A DNA stretch of 34,460 nucleotides, taken from the NCBI RefSeq assembly GCF_006345805.1, contig NW_021832055.1, positions 1-34,460 on the forward strand. The letters run 5' to 3'. The translations under genes were made by a program, and so were the position numbers. The notes below the pieces were generated by a model, which worked only from the letters and a program-made list of their open reading frames with translations, searched no databases and was not told the origin of the DNA. Positions 9,453 to 23,404 of this stretch are shown here, in pieces. The stretch is from Octopus sinensis. Lineage: Eukaryota. Each line of letters begins with the position of its first letter. The first letter of the stretch is position 1.

Positions 9453-9569
9453 CTGCGAGAAGGCGGGTAATTATAGCAGGGTTAATGATTGGGTATTCTT
9501 TGGTGTTATAACGAGAACAACAGGAACAACACAATCACGGTCCGCCTGCTCCTTCCCGCCACCTCGTCC

Positions 9570-9784
9570 TACTCCTCCTCCTCATCATCATCATTGTCAT
9601 CATCGTCATTATCGTTGTCATCAACATCATCATCGTCGTCGTCGTCGTAGTCGTTGCTATCATTCTCATCATTATCATCATCATCATCGTCGTCACTGTC
9701 ATCAACATCATCAGCATTATCACCATCGTCTTTCAGCATAATCATCATCACCACCAACACCACCACCACCACCAACACCACAAA

Positions 9785-9816
<32 letters not shown>

Positions 9817-9822
9817 TCATCA
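9570..9822. repeat. (ATC/GTC/ACC)n trinucleotide tract
   Basis: Direct inspection. Confidence 0.9.
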
Positions 9823-9875
9823 TGAACTTTGCTGGAACACGTAGGTTAACAGTAGAGGGGGGAAATAACGCTTTC

Positions 9876-10545
9876 AAATTGTGGCAGGAGACCAACAATT
9901 TCAGTTGGGTGGGGTGTGGTCGATTTGAGCGACACCAGTGCCCAAGTGGTGTACTTATTTTCTCGAGCTCGAAAAGATGAAGAGCAAAGTCGGCCTCGGC
10001 GTAATTTGAACACAGATGCTAAGGACAGACGAAATGCCGCTAAGCATTTTTCCCGGTGTGCTTACGATTCTGCCAGCTCATCGCTTTAAGAAGGGAAAAT
10101 AATAACAAATAGAATAACGTCCGCATTAACGCCATCATCAAGAAGAACAGGAACAATTTTCGCACAAGGCCAGCAATTTCGGGGGAGGAGTGAGTATATT
10201 ATATTCGATCAACCTCAGTGTTCGTCTGGTACTTATTTTATCGACCTGGAAAGGATGAAACGGAAAATCAAACTCAGCGGAATTTAAGCACAGAGCATAA
10301 TGAAGGACCAAGTGCTGCTAAACATTTCCCGATTCTGCCAGCTCTCTGCCATAATTACTGGAACAATAATTTTTTTTTCTAATTGTGGGTGGGCCTAGTA
10401 GGTTACATCGACCCCATTGTTTAGCGGGTACTTATTTAATCGACTCTGAAATGAAGAAAGGCAATGTCGACCTCGGAGGAATTTTGAACTCAGATCTAAC
10501 GACGGATGAAATGTTGCTAAGCATTTTGTTCACCGCCTTAATAAC
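9876..10545 (-). mobile_element. Three degenerate family C SINEs (9876-10086, 10155-10350, 10395-10540)
   Basis: Repeated tacttatt..tcgac...gaaaggatgaa...cggcggaattt...gattctgccagctc. Confidence 0.8.
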
Positions 10546-10633
10546 CGAACTAGATGCACTTTTGCATTGAACAAGATGACGACTTCTAGGATCCAAACTT
10601 CAAAAGCATTAATGAATTCGTTCTGAAACATAT

Positions 10634-10677
<44 letters not shown>

Positions 10678-10799
10678 TAATAATATATATAATATATATA
10701 TATATATATACATATATACGACGATAAAACGAAAAATAAGATGAAGGATGAGGAAGGAAATGAGTGGATATAATGAATTTCATTTATTTACGCGCCCTT

Positions 10800-11097
10800 T
10801 TCAAGCCAGGCTCATGGCCATGGTTTTCCAGGCTCATGGGCATGGTTTTCCCGTTTCTGTGTCGTATGTGGCCCCCACCCCTCAGCTGGACGGGACGCCA
10901 GTCCATCGCAGCGTTACTCAAGAAACAAGATTGAGAGAAAGTTGGAGCGAAAGAGTGCAACAGGGGTCGCCACCAACCCCTGCCAGAGCCTCGTGTTTTC
11001 ACTCAATAAACACACACAACGCCCGGTCTGGGGATAGAAACCGCGATCCTCCGACCGCGTGTCCGCTGCCCTAACCACTGGGCCATTGCGCTTCCAC
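10800..11097 (-). mobile_element. SINE family F (family-A head and centre, third tail variant)
   Basis: Head and centre as in family A; tail cgatggactggcgtcccgtccagctgagggg with a 22-bp tandem duplication at its end. Confidence 0.8.
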
Positions 11098-11104
11098 GAT
11101 ATAA

Positions 11105-11370
11105 TGAATAATTTCCAATTAATAACAAAAAGAACAGCAACAGCAACAACTGCAACAATTAAAAATTGCAGCAGCGAAGACAACAATAACAAAAACAATA
11201 ACATATGGATAACAGCGACCACGACTAACACGTGAACAGTAACAAAGACTTCTCCTAGGATACCAGAGACCACGGCAACAATGACAACAGCAACAACAAA
11301 AACAAGAGCGGAAACAGCAACGGCAACAAAAGAGGAAAAACAACAAAACAAATGAAAACAACAACTAAAA
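11105..11370. repeat. Degenerate (CAA)n tract
   Basis: Direct inspection. Confidence 0.85.
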
Positions 11371-11382
11371 AAGCATTGTTTT

Positions 11383-11585
11383 CTTCTTTTGTTTCAGTCC
11401 TTTCACTGCGGCCATGCTGTAGTACTGAGTTTTAGTCCTACAAATCGACCCCTAGGAGCCAACCTTTGTAAGCCTGGTACTTATTCTATCGGTGCTAGTG
11501 GCCGAACAGCTAAGTTACGGGAACGTAAACACACCAACATCGCTTCTCAATCGATGGTGGGATGAACAAACACAAACATAAACAC
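11383..11585 (-). mobile_element. SINE family B, 3' half
   Basis: Homology to the tail of 6428-6830. Confidence 0.8.
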
Positions 11586-11603
11586 ACACACACACCACAA
11601 ATT

Positions 11604-11637
<34 letters not shown>

Positions 11638-11685
11638 ATCACTGTAGCCACATTTAAGCGGCAAATATACTTCACGATTATATAT

Positions 11686-11859
11686 GTTGTAAGTAGCTTG
11701 CTTACGAACCGTAGGGTTCCGGGTTCAGTCCCACTGCGTTGCACCTTCGCAAGTGCCTTCTACTATAGCCTCGGCCGACTAAAGCCTTGTGAATGGATTT
11801 GGTAGACGGAAACCGAAAGTAGGCCGTTGTATATATATATATATATATATATAAATATA

Positions 11860-11890
<31 letters not shown>

Positions 11891-11896
11891 ATATAT

Positions 11897-11929
<33 letters not shown>

Positions 11930-12100
11930 TTGTATATATGTGTTTGTCCCCCCAATATCGCTTGACAACCGATGCTAGTGTGTTTACGTCCCCGTAACTT
12001 AGCTGTTCATCAAAAGAAACCGATAGAATAAGTACTAGGCTTACAAAGAATAAGTCCTGGGTACAGTCAAACGACTGAAACAAGTAAAAGAGTAAAGAGA
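11686..12100 (+). mobile_element. SINE family B with 3' internal deletion
   Basis: Homology to 32221-32634. Confidence 0.85.
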
Positions 12101-12104
12101 GTAT

Positions 12105-12152
12105 AGACAGATAGATAGATAGAGAGAGAGAGAGAGGGAGAGGGAGACAGAC

Positions 12153-12201
<49 letters not shown>

Positions 12202-12238
12202 CATAGAGAGGGAGTGAGACATATAGATAGATAGATAT

Positions 12239-12298
<60 letters not shown>

Positions 12299-12312
12299 GT
12301 AGATAGATAGAT
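12105..12312. repeat. (GATA)n/(GA)n microsatellite
   Basis: Direct inspection. Confidence 0.95.
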
Positions 12313-12478
12313 GACGGGTTTCTTTCAGTTTCCGTCTACTAAATCCACTCATAAGGATTTGGTCGGCCCTAGGCTATAGTTGAAGACATTTGCCCAACCA
12401 AGGTCCCATGCGGTGGGACTGAACTCGGAACCGTGTGACTGGAAAGCAAGCTTCTTACCACACAGCCACGCATGCGCC
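12313..12478 (-). mobile_element. SINE family B, 5' half
   Basis: Homology to the head of 6428-6830. Confidence 0.85.
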
Positions 12479-12559
12479 TATAGTCACATCAAGAGCAACA
12501 ACAAATCTACAACAACAACAACAGCAACAACAATTATGCAGAAGTAACCACAAGAACAA

Positions 12560-12948
12560 ATGGGAAGCACTCCGTCGGTTACGACGATGAGGGTTCCGGT
12601 TGATCTGAATCAACGGAACAGCCTGCTCGTGAAATTAACGTGTAAGTGGCTGAGCACTCCACAGACACGTGCACCCTTAGCGTAGATCTCGGGGATATTC
12701 AGAGTGACACAGAGAGTGACAAGGCCGGCCCTTTGAAATAGAGGTACAACAGAAACAGGAAGTAAGAGTGAGAGAAAGTTGTGGTGAAAGAGTACAGCAG
12801 GGTTCACCACCATCCCCTGCCGGAGCCTCGTGGAGCTTTTAGGTGTTTTCGCTCAATAAACACTCACAACGCCCGGTCTGGGAATTGAAACCGCGATCCT
12901 ATGACCGCAAGTCCGCTGCCCTAACCACTGGGCCATTGCGCCTCCACG
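12560..12948 (-). mobile_element. SINE family A with 13-bp TSD
   Basis: TSD accacaagaacaa at 12547-12559 and 12949-12961. Confidence 0.9.
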
Positions 12949-13479
12949 ACCACAAGAACAACAACAACTGCAACAAAAACACAAGTCGCAATAGCAGTAA
13001 GAGCATCGGCATCGGCATCGGCGGCGGCGGACGTGGAGGCGGCGGTGGCGGAGGCGAAAACAAGAACTGCAACACATCAGGTTGATGACAATGGAGAGGT
13101 GGCAATGTTCAGCGAAAATCTCGATATTGTTTACTTAATTGCGGCATGGCGACATCATGTGACTCTTTCCCTGTCTGGCTGTCTGACGGATCGACTTGCT
13201 TTACCGGCTAAAGGTCGTTGTTGTCTTTTTGTTTGATTGTGTTGGGGATTGTGTTTCTACCTTTTTTTTTTAACCTTTTTTCTTTTTCCTTTTTTTTTTT
13301 ACCCCTAGGCTGAATATGAATTAGGGCTGTGGGGGACAGTGGTGTAATAATGAATGAGGGGCCGAGAGAATGAGAGTAGCACTGATTTAACATGTTCCTG
13401 AAAACGAATACCTATAAGTGTGTTATTATCGCAAAGTGAACATATGTGTGTGTATGTGTGTGTGTATGTGTGTGTGTGT

Positions 13480-14740
<1,261 letters not shown>

Positions 14741-14744
14741 TACT

Positions 14745-14950
14745 CTTTTAGTCTGTTACTCGCTTCAGTCATTTCACTGCGAACATATTGGAGCACCGCC
14801 TTTAGTCGAACAAATCGACCCCAGGAATTATTCTTTGTAAGCCTAATACATATTCCATCGTCACTTTTGCCGAACCGCTAATTCACGGAGACGTAAACAC
14901 ACCAGCATCGGTTGTCAAGAGATGGTGGGGGAACAAGCACATGTACACAA
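14745..14950 (-). mobile_element. SINE family B, 3' half
   Basis: Homology to the family B tail. Confidence 0.8.
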
Positions 14951-14999
14951 ACACACACACACATACACACACTCACACGTATATATATACGTAATTAAT

Positions 15000-15265
15000 C
15001 GATCACACGTATATATATATGTAATTAATCGATCCCGAAAGGATGAAAAGCAAAGTCGACCTCAGCGGAACCTGATCTCAGAACGTCACGGCAGACGAAA
15101 TACCTATTTTTGTTACTACCTACAAGGGGCTAAACACTGAGAGGACAAACGGATTAAGTCAATTATATCGACCCCAGTGCGTAACCTGAACTCAGAACAT
15201 AACGACAGACGAAATACCGCTTATCATTTCGCCCAGCGTGCTAACGATTCTGCCAGCTCACCGAC
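15000..15265 (-). mobile_element. SINE family C, long form, partly deleted
   Basis: Two partial cores plus the spacer. Confidence 0.8.
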
Positions 15266-16139
15266 CTACGCACGTATATATATTATTACTGCTGAGAATA
15301 GGATCAGAGATTTAAGATAGACGTAAATGCATTGACACTAATGTACACGTATGCTCGTGCACCCCCATCTATGTATGCGAAATGTCTTCATGAGTAAACA
15401 CAAAAAGTGTAAACAAAACCTTATACTAATGAATGCAGAAATATATTACTTACTTTTAGCCATTTATATAATTTATAACTTTATTAATAATAATACTCTA
15501 TGATAATTTAATCTATTAAATTATTGCTGAAAATGAGACATGTTTCAATGGGTAATAATTTTAAAATATATTAATTATCACAAATTAAAAGGTGACTGAA
15601 ATTTTGCAGCAGAGGTGCTTTTCGCGGCGGGATTGCTGATTTATATTATTTGAGTATTCTATACGTGGATATCGAAACCTTTTGGCCGCTTACCGTTGCG
15701 TACCTTGCAAATGGCTTTAGCTTTCGTAGCGAATGGAATTTTCTTGACGAGGCCTTAATTAACTCGTAAATTCACTCGAATCTCTCGCAAATCATAAAAG
15801 AAAATCTTTATTTAGTTTTGGAGTATATAACTTTGGCCAGAAGGAATTGATTCCATCAGTAGTTGCGAATTGATTATTGGGTGTTTCGACTCTGAATAAT
15901 GACACCTTCCAACCATTGATACGTCGCATTTTTTCAGCCTGGTAACTACCCATTTCTATTTAGCATTCACCTCAGTTCCTTTCTCCTGACACATAACCAA
16001 GTTTTTCTCCCGTCCATCGATCGCATAGCTAATTTTCGGAATTGTAATATCATCTTTCTCTTAGAATTTCTCTGACATTTTATTATCTAGTAATTCATAA
16101 ATTCTTAACAAGGAATGCATCGTAATATGCCAACATGTA

Positions 16140-16706
16140 TAAACAAAGAAAAAGAAAATATTTTTTCTATATTTTTTCCAAGATTCTTGATGTGATTTTG
16201 TGTCTTAAAACAAATGTTTTTGTGCCTTAGATGCTTTTATTAAATTCATTCAGTGGTTAAACAGAAATAAACCTTGGAATTAAATGGTTTTGATTCACTG
16301 ATTTATGGTGTCAACAACTATTGTTTAACATACAGCTAGAAGAAAACTGTCTTGCTATAGTCAGTCCTCATCTAACTGAACATTATTTTAGTCATTATTC
16401 AGTTAGTGAATAATGACTGAAGGATGTTTATAAATCGTATAAATATTCCAATTCACTTTTGGTGTAGGAAATCTTTAGTCAAATGCAATTTTTGGAGACC
16501 AACTATTGTCGTTCTTGCTGTGTCTTCAGAGGTTCATTACGCCAATAAGTAAAAAAAATAAGCGCCGATTATTATTGCTTATTATTGACGTAATGTCCGC
16601 CCCCACCCCTCCAAGGCACAACAATGTTTCTTTCGACGCACAAATTTACATCAAGAATCTTGGAAAAGATATACAAAGTTTCAGGTGACTTTTGTCCAAC
16701 CCTGTA
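16140..16706. mobile_element. Internally deleted Tc1/mariner-like element
   Basis: 16174-16231 and 16610-16667 are inverted repeats (47/58, with a 20-bp perfect core). Right end ...cttttgtccaaccctg|TA. Internal PISKKNKRRLL resembles Tc1 PLISKKNR..RL. Confidence 0.55.
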
Positions 16707-16735
16707 TGTCTGTTTATACGTATGCTAGTGTGTAG

Positions 16736-17046
16736 TGGATGCACATAGCCTAGTGGTTAGAGCAATGGACTCGTGGCCGAGGGATCGCGGATTCGAATCT
16801 CAGACCGGGCGATGTGTATGTTTATGAGCGAAACACCTAAGCTCCACGCAGCTCCGGCAGAAGATAATGGCGAAACCTCTGCTGACTCTTTCGCCACAAC
16901 TTTCTCTCACTCTTTCCTCCTGCACCTTGCAGCTCACCTGCGACGGACCGGCATCCCGTCCAGGTTGGGGAACCTATACGCCAATGAAACCGGGAACCGG
17001 CCCTTATGAGCCAGGCATGACTCGAGAAGGAACAAACAACAACAAT
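16736..17046 (+). mobile_element. SINE family E (family-A head and centre, different tail)
   Basis: Same tRNA-like head and ctctttcgccacaactttctctcactc centre as family A, then cctgcgacggaccggcatcccgtccagg...; (CAA)n tail. Confidence 0.85.
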
Positions 17047-17178
17047 ACTAGTGTATGTGTGTGTGTGTGTGTGTGTGGTGTGTGTGTGCATTTGTAGATT
17101 TCGTTGTCTTCTATGTACATGCAAATTTGCATGTCCTTTTGTCAAGATTCTATTTTCTTGATACAGAATCCTCTGGAG

Positions 17179-17519
17179 CAGCGGTTCTCAACCGTTTCTT
17201 TTTTTTTACCTATGGATCCCTTTGATCACTATTTTATACTAATGGACCCCCAGCAACACTTGCAGTTTAAAGCTAGCTTAATAGATATTTCTTTCAAAAC
17301 TCTCTATTTTGTTTTCCTGACACTCACTTGTGTAATTTATCAAACGTTAGAGAAAGAATCCCTGCAGTTTCTTGTCAAAAACACATCAAAACCAAAAACT
17401 TTTTAAGGACCTTTTAACTACTACTATGCGTCCCCAACATGCTATTTTGCTTGCGTTTATCCCCCCAAATTTTATATGGGCACTCAAAGCGTCATAAGGA
17501 CCCTAGTTGAGATCCCCTA
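17179..17519. mobile_element. hAT/Charlie-like MITE
   Basis: Ends cagcggttctcaacc and agttgagatccccta. Flanks ctctggag/atctaaaa loosely fit the nTCTAGAn target consensus. Confidence 0.6.
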
Positions 17520-17624
17520 ATCTAAAATATATTAGTGATAATTTAGAAAAAAATTATTATGTAGTTTTTTTTATGTAGATTTATAAAACAGACCAATGTT
17601 GAGCACGTAAATTGTTACTGTTAT

Positions 17625-17800
17625 CTTTGTTGCTGTTGTTGTTGTTGCTGTTGCGGTTGTTGTTATTGTTGTTGTTGTTGTTGATCAAGTAAGTTATAGT
17701 AGTTCTTTTTTTCCTGTCTTTGATTTCGTTACTGTTTATGTTGTTCGTGTTGCTTCTACTGCTGCTGCTGTTGTTGTTGTTGTTGTTGTGTTGTTGTTTG
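17625..17800. repeat. Degenerate (GTT)n tract
   Basis: Direct inspection. Confidence 0.85.
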
Positions 17801-18229
17801 CATTATGTAATGCTTCTGTTAGCATTGTGCTGTTGGAGCTGTCGGTGACGATGTAATTATTTGTTCTTACCTCTATTGTAGATGTTATTATCACTGTCGG
17901 TCTTGTTCATTGTAGTTATTCTTCTTATTGCTAACAACGCTGTAATAGCATTGTCATTGAGCTGAACAGTCAAACACTTTCGTGTTGTGTTCACTTAACT
18001 CTTTAAAAGGCCTCCTTACCGTTCTTTCCTTTAATTCCTAACCACATTTTACGTTAAAGAGAAATACTCAGAAGCCAGACTTTAACTTCCTTTCGCAACA
18101 TGTCACGAAATTCTAAGAGAGAATTGAATTTCACAGCAGCAAATGATATGCTTCGTCTTGTTAGTTAGTAGTTTCGTCAGAAAGGTTGATAAAAGCTGTC
18201 TTCTCTGATTATACGTCACTGTGCTGAAT

Positions 18230-18300
18230 CAGCAAGAGAAGCGGCCGACCCGCCATTTTGCAGTTGTTTCTATTGAAAGACGAGTTATTACGTAGAGGCG
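18230..18300. promoter_or_regulatory. Possible promoter element (YY1-type CCGCCATTTT at 18250-18259)
   Basis: Motif match inside a CpG-richer, non-repetitive stretch (about 17950-18500). Confidence 0.3.
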
Positions 18301-18982
18301 ATGTCGTCTGCACCTCTTAATATGCTTTGCATTACAGCAACACACGCGAGGAAATAGAAAACAGTCGCTTTATATCATATTGAAATCCCCGTAAGAATTA
18401 GCAGATGACATGTATTTGCCGTTAATCATTCAATATTATAGAATATATTAACAAGTAAATTTATCAACGACGTCGAGAATTCGTTTTCCTTGAAGACTGA
18501 TTTAGCGAACAAAGTATAAAGGCTACGACAAAATCTGTGTTAGCCATTCTTCATGGGTGTCTTGAGAAACGCTGTCTATGGAATGTTGTCGCTGTTGTTG
18601 TTGGTGTTGGTGTTGGTGGTGGGGGTGATGGTTGTCGCCGTCGTGGTTGCCTTTATTGAATTTGTTGTGGCGGTGGTAATGGCGATAGTGCAGGACGGAA
18701 ACTCTAGCCAGTTCTTAGCACGATAAACCATTTAATCTTCGAAACGCTAAATAAAACTGACACAGATCGCCATTTATAAAATATTACGTTTACTTTATAT
18801 ACACTTTATACATGCATATATACATTTTATACTTGCGTAAATACAACCCTGTGTACATATCTATGTATCCATGTATATATATATATGCATGCACATGTTA
18901 TTATTTGAATTTGAGCACATGTAGGGGGATACTTGAATGCATTTAAATTTGCCATCTGTGTTTCTTTTCATGTAGACACGTA

Positions 18983-19475
<493 letters not shown>

Positions 19476-19774
19476 TGTGCGTGCGCGTGTTTGTGTGTGT
19501 GTGTGTAACAACATATCTCTATATGTATGCAGATAATCGGAAACAACATTTCATAACCAAATTTCGAAAAACATGTACGCTCGTGAATCGAACCGCCCTC
19601 TATTTTCAAATGGTGATTTCTGTTTAATAGTGAGCTTTTTACGTAAGTCATTCTTAGGAAGCCCTCACAGCGTCTTGGTCGATGCTGTCTTCCCTCGTTT
19701 CAATTGAGACCATATATTTATTTCAAAACACGACTGGATACAAGTTGTTTACGCTTATCTTCTTTTTGATAATA

Positions 19775-20235
19775 TTTCTTTCAAATTTTGACACAAGGTC
19801 AAAAATTTCAGGAAAGAGGCTAAGTCTATTAGATTAACCCTAATGCTCAAATGACACTTATTTTATCGACCCTTAAATAATGAAAAGTATAGTCGTCTTG
19901 GGCGGAATTTCAACTCAGAACGTAGCGACAAACGAAATACTGCTATTTCGCCCGAAGTACTTAACAGTTCTGTCAGCTTGCCGCATTATTCTTTGTAATT
20001 AATATATTCCCTGTGATGACCTTGTTAAAATTTTAGTAGTAACAACAAACTCTGGGGCGGCTAACTGACCGAATCGTTAGCACGCCGGCACAGTGCTTAG
20101 CAGTATTTTGTGCGGCGTTCGAATGTCTATACGTTGTGAGTTCAAATACCACTGAAGTCGTATTTGCTTTTCATCCTTTCGGAGTCGATAAGATAAAGGA
20201 CCTGTTAAACATTGAGGTCGATGTAATTGACTTAT
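19775..20235. mobile_element. Two degenerate family C SINEs, divergent (- 19775-19984, + 20055-20235)
   Basis: Core motifs on opposite strands. Confidence 0.7.
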
Positions 20236-20351
20236 TCACTCCCTACGTATTAAGCCTTTATTTTATTTTATCAGAAAATGGTATCTATCAACTATTATAC
20301 ATCTGTAATTATCTTAGAATGTATGACTGAAGTGCAATGCCGTTAATAAAA

Positions 20352-20531
20352 TTTGTTTGTTCCTTCTCAAGTCATGCCTGGCTCATAGGGTGGGTTTCCC
20401 GGTTTCCTTGGCGTATGGGTTCCCCACCTAGACGGGACAAAAAAACACACACATCGCCCGGTCTGAGATTCGAACCTGCGATCCCTCGACCGCGATTCCG
20501 CTCCTCTAACTACTAGGTCATGTGCTTCCAC
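20352..20531 (-). mobile_element. SINE family E, internally deleted
   Basis: Head joined directly to the family E tail; the centre is missing. Confidence 0.8.
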
Positions 20532-21213
20532 TATTGAATAGAATACCTCACTGAAATTTGTTACGACTATCTGTGGTCCAGTATCTAATCCTGCAGAGGT
20601 GAACTTTACCTTTCATCATTTCTGTGTCAAAATGAAAAACTGTTAGTATGTCAGACAAGATACCTTGCGGTATATATTCCAGCCCTTTGCATATTGAAAG
20701 CATCTACAATACTTGTGCCGATCTCTTTTGGTACTAAAGCTGTGGTCATTCTCTAGAAAAACATCGGTGGCGTGAAGAGGGAACTCTTGCGAGCAGGACA
20801 AACTGCTATGTTCCCAAACCATTCCCGAGGTCTCTGCACTTGAATACATATTTAGCTGACGTTGATGGCATGCTCTAGGTATAATTTAATTACACTCTCA
20901 ATCAATTGCGCACGTTGCCCAACACGATCTAACTGTAAGCTAAGTCACACAGTTTTACAGCGATCATAGGCTGGCTCTAACAAGGTTGACCTGGGGGTTA
21001 AGCAACAATTGGTGATGACAATATCACTCATAATTGTATGAGTCCAAAATATATATGAGAGAATGTATACATGAGAGAATCCATTTTCATGGATTTTCAA
21101 TAGATTGAAATCTTTAAATTTACCGTAGTCTGCATCTTAACACACTTTCATTTCCGATTATATACACATACAAACACACAAGCATACACAAACACACACA
21201 TTTACACACTCAT

Positions 21214-21252
<39 letters not shown>

Positions 21253-21257
21253 CGCAG

Positions 21258-21400
21258 CCATGTGTGTGTGGTAAGAAACTTGCCTCCTAACCATATGGTT
21301 CAGAGTTCAGTCTCACTGTGTGTCCACTGCTGTAGCCTCAGGCCGAGTAAATACTTGTGAGTGTATTTGGTAGACGGAAACAAAATGAAACCCGTCGTAT
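21258..21400 (+). mobile_element. SINE family B, 5' fragment (other fragments at 24770-24945 and 26362-26436)
   Basis: gtgtggtaagaaacttgc...tttggtagacggaaac...aaacccgtcgtatata. Confidence 0.75.
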
Positions 21401-21493
21401 ATATATACAGACACACACACAGACACAGACACAGACACAGACACACACACATACATATATATATATATACAGACACACACACATACATATATA

Positions 21494-21566
<73 letters not shown>

Positions 21567-21570
<4 letters not shown>

Positions 21571-21761
21571 ATCCAAACATGAAAAACACAAAGAGAAAAC
21601 ACAACAACGCGAGGATGTGGAACAAGTATAGTATTATTGGACGCTCAGTAAAAAGGAGGGTTTAACGTTTCGAGCGGAGCTCTTCGTCAGAACATACGAA
21701 AAGGAAAGATCCAAAGAAGGGAAGACGGAGGAAAAAAATCGCCAACAGTACACACGCGGTC
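21567..21761 (-). mobile_element. Type H element, second copy
   Basis: gttaatccaaacatg...ggacgctcag...gtttaacgtttcgagcggagctcttcgtcag...gtacacacgcggtc; inverse of 8907-9091. Confidence 0.7.
21660..21693 (-). ncRNA. Hammerhead-like motif with canonical CUGACGA core
   Basis: Reverse complement reads gtt-CTGACGA-a-gagc(tcc)gctc-GAAA-c-GTT-aaac. Stem I is shortened. Confidence 0.5.
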
Positions 21762-22317
21762 GTGTTTGTCTTCCATCACCGCCTCACAATCTGTGCTGGT
21801 GCGTTTAAGTTCCTGTGCTTTTGCGGTTTGGTACAAGAGATCGATAAAATATATATTAGACTTAAAAAAAAGGAAGGACCGATGCTGATCTATTCGATTA
21901 AGATTTCTTCGATATGGAGCCCCAGCATGATCGCAGTCAACAGACGTAAAGCAATTAAAAGTTTAAAGTTTAAAGTTAAAACTGAATAACCAAAGAAACA
22001 CTTCGTTTCATAAAATGATTTATGAGATGTACGCTGAAGCAATGTGTCATCACCTTATGTAAATTCATAGGAAGTATATTTACGTTCTGTAATGGGTTAT
22101 AAAGCAGCATAAACCACGTCTCAATTTCCATGTTACTGTGACAATATGAATTTATATATAGCAGTGTGTCCGACAAGAAAGCAGGGATTTGTGAGTATTG
22201 AAAGGGGTGGAGAAAATTGCTATGTTTAATAAAATCATATGATTTTTAAAGTCTTTATACTGTCCGACACCATTGCGATAAAATAAGAAAGAAATAGATG
22301 TCAACTATATATTGGTT

Positions 22318-22530
22318 TAAAAATTTGGCACAAAGCCAGCGATTTCGGATGGGCAGGGTGGGGGAAGATAAGTTGATTAAATCGATCCAAGTGCTTCACT
22401 GCTGCTTATACAATAGATCCCGAAAGGATGAAAAGCAATGGTAACCTAAGCGAAGCTTGGACTCACAACGCTAAGATGGACGAAATGGTGCAAAGCATTT
22501 TACCTGGCATACTAACGATTCCACCAATTA
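22318..22530 (-). mobile_element. Degenerate family C SINE
   Basis: aatttggcacaaagccagc...gaaaggatgaaaagc...actaacgattcc. Confidence 0.7.
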
Positions 22531-22571
22531 CCTGTCATTAATAAAATTTTATCAAAGTCATCACAGGGAAT

Positions 22572-22573
22572 AT

Positions 22574-22620
<47 letters not shown>

Positions 22621-22706
22621 TATCATTATCATTATCATCATCATTATCATCATCATTATCATCATCATCATTATTATTATTATCATTATTATTATCATTA
22701 TTATTA

Positions 22707-22758
<52 letters not shown>

Positions 22759-22760
22759 CA

Positions 22761-22791
<31 letters not shown>

Positions 22792-22801
22792 CATCATCAT
22801 C
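22572..22801. repeat. (ATC)n/(ATT)n microsatellite
   Basis: Direct inspection. Confidence 0.95.
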
Positions 22802-22813
22802 AAAAAGAAGTAT

Positions 22814-23032
22814 GGCGGCGAGCTGGTAGAACCATTAGCACGCCGGGCGAAATGCTTAGAGGTATTTCGTTAGCCGCTACGTTCTGAGTTCAAATTCCGC
22901 CGAGGTCGACTTTGTTTTTCATCCTTTCGGGGTCGATTAAATAAGTACCAGTTACAGACTGAGGTCAATGTAAGCGACTGGTCCCCTCCCCTAAAAAATT
23001 TCAGGCCTTGTGTCGATAGTAGAAAGGATTAT
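22814..23032 (+). mobile_element. SINE family C
   Basis: ggcggcgagctgg.agaa...gagttcaaattccgccgaggtcgacttt...catcctttcggggtcgat.aaataagtaccag...ggccttgtg...agaaaggatt. Confidence 0.9.
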
Positions 23033-23046
23033 CAAGAAGAAAGACA

Positions 23047-23281
23047 GCTGTAAGCTGGCAGAAACGTTAGTACGCCAGCAAACTGCTGTGTGGCGTTCCC
23101 TCTGCTTAAATTTCTGGTTCAAATTCAGCCGAGATTGGCTTTGCCTTTCATCCCTGTCAGGGTCGATAAAGCAAGTACAGTTTTATCAATTTGATCTAGG
23201 AAGCATTTGAACTCAAAGCGTAAAGAAATGCTTCTTTGTATTTTCCCCGGCGCTGTAACGATTCTGCCAGCTCGCTGCCTT
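23047..23281. mobile_element. Two truncated family C SINEs in inverted orientation (+ 23047-23185, - 23205-23281)
   Basis: gctggcagaaacgttag... and ...aacgattctgccagctcgctgcc. Confidence 0.75.
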
Positions 23282-23404
23282 AAAGCAAACTATATATTGT
23301 TCGCACATTAATAATTATAAAGCGGATGAAAAAGTTTCAAGATGTACAGAAGTGGGTCAGAGTAGTCTTGGACTGAATACCACTGATCATTACTACCCGA
23401 TTAA

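Noticed and set aside
13020-13055. (GGC/GGA)n tract as G-quadruplex or poly-Gly exon
   Set aside because: Typical low-complexity trinucleotide run; only two-tier G4 potential; no splice support.
13255-13345. Very long pyrimidine tract and AG on the plus strand at 13308
   Set aside because: All three frames stop within 13 codons and there is no good donor; probably a simple T-rich tract.
20643-20849. 68-aa minus-strand ORF with aag|gtatct donor
   Set aside because: No recognisable motif and only a modest acceptor; within chance expectation. Worth rechecking if RNA-seq is available.
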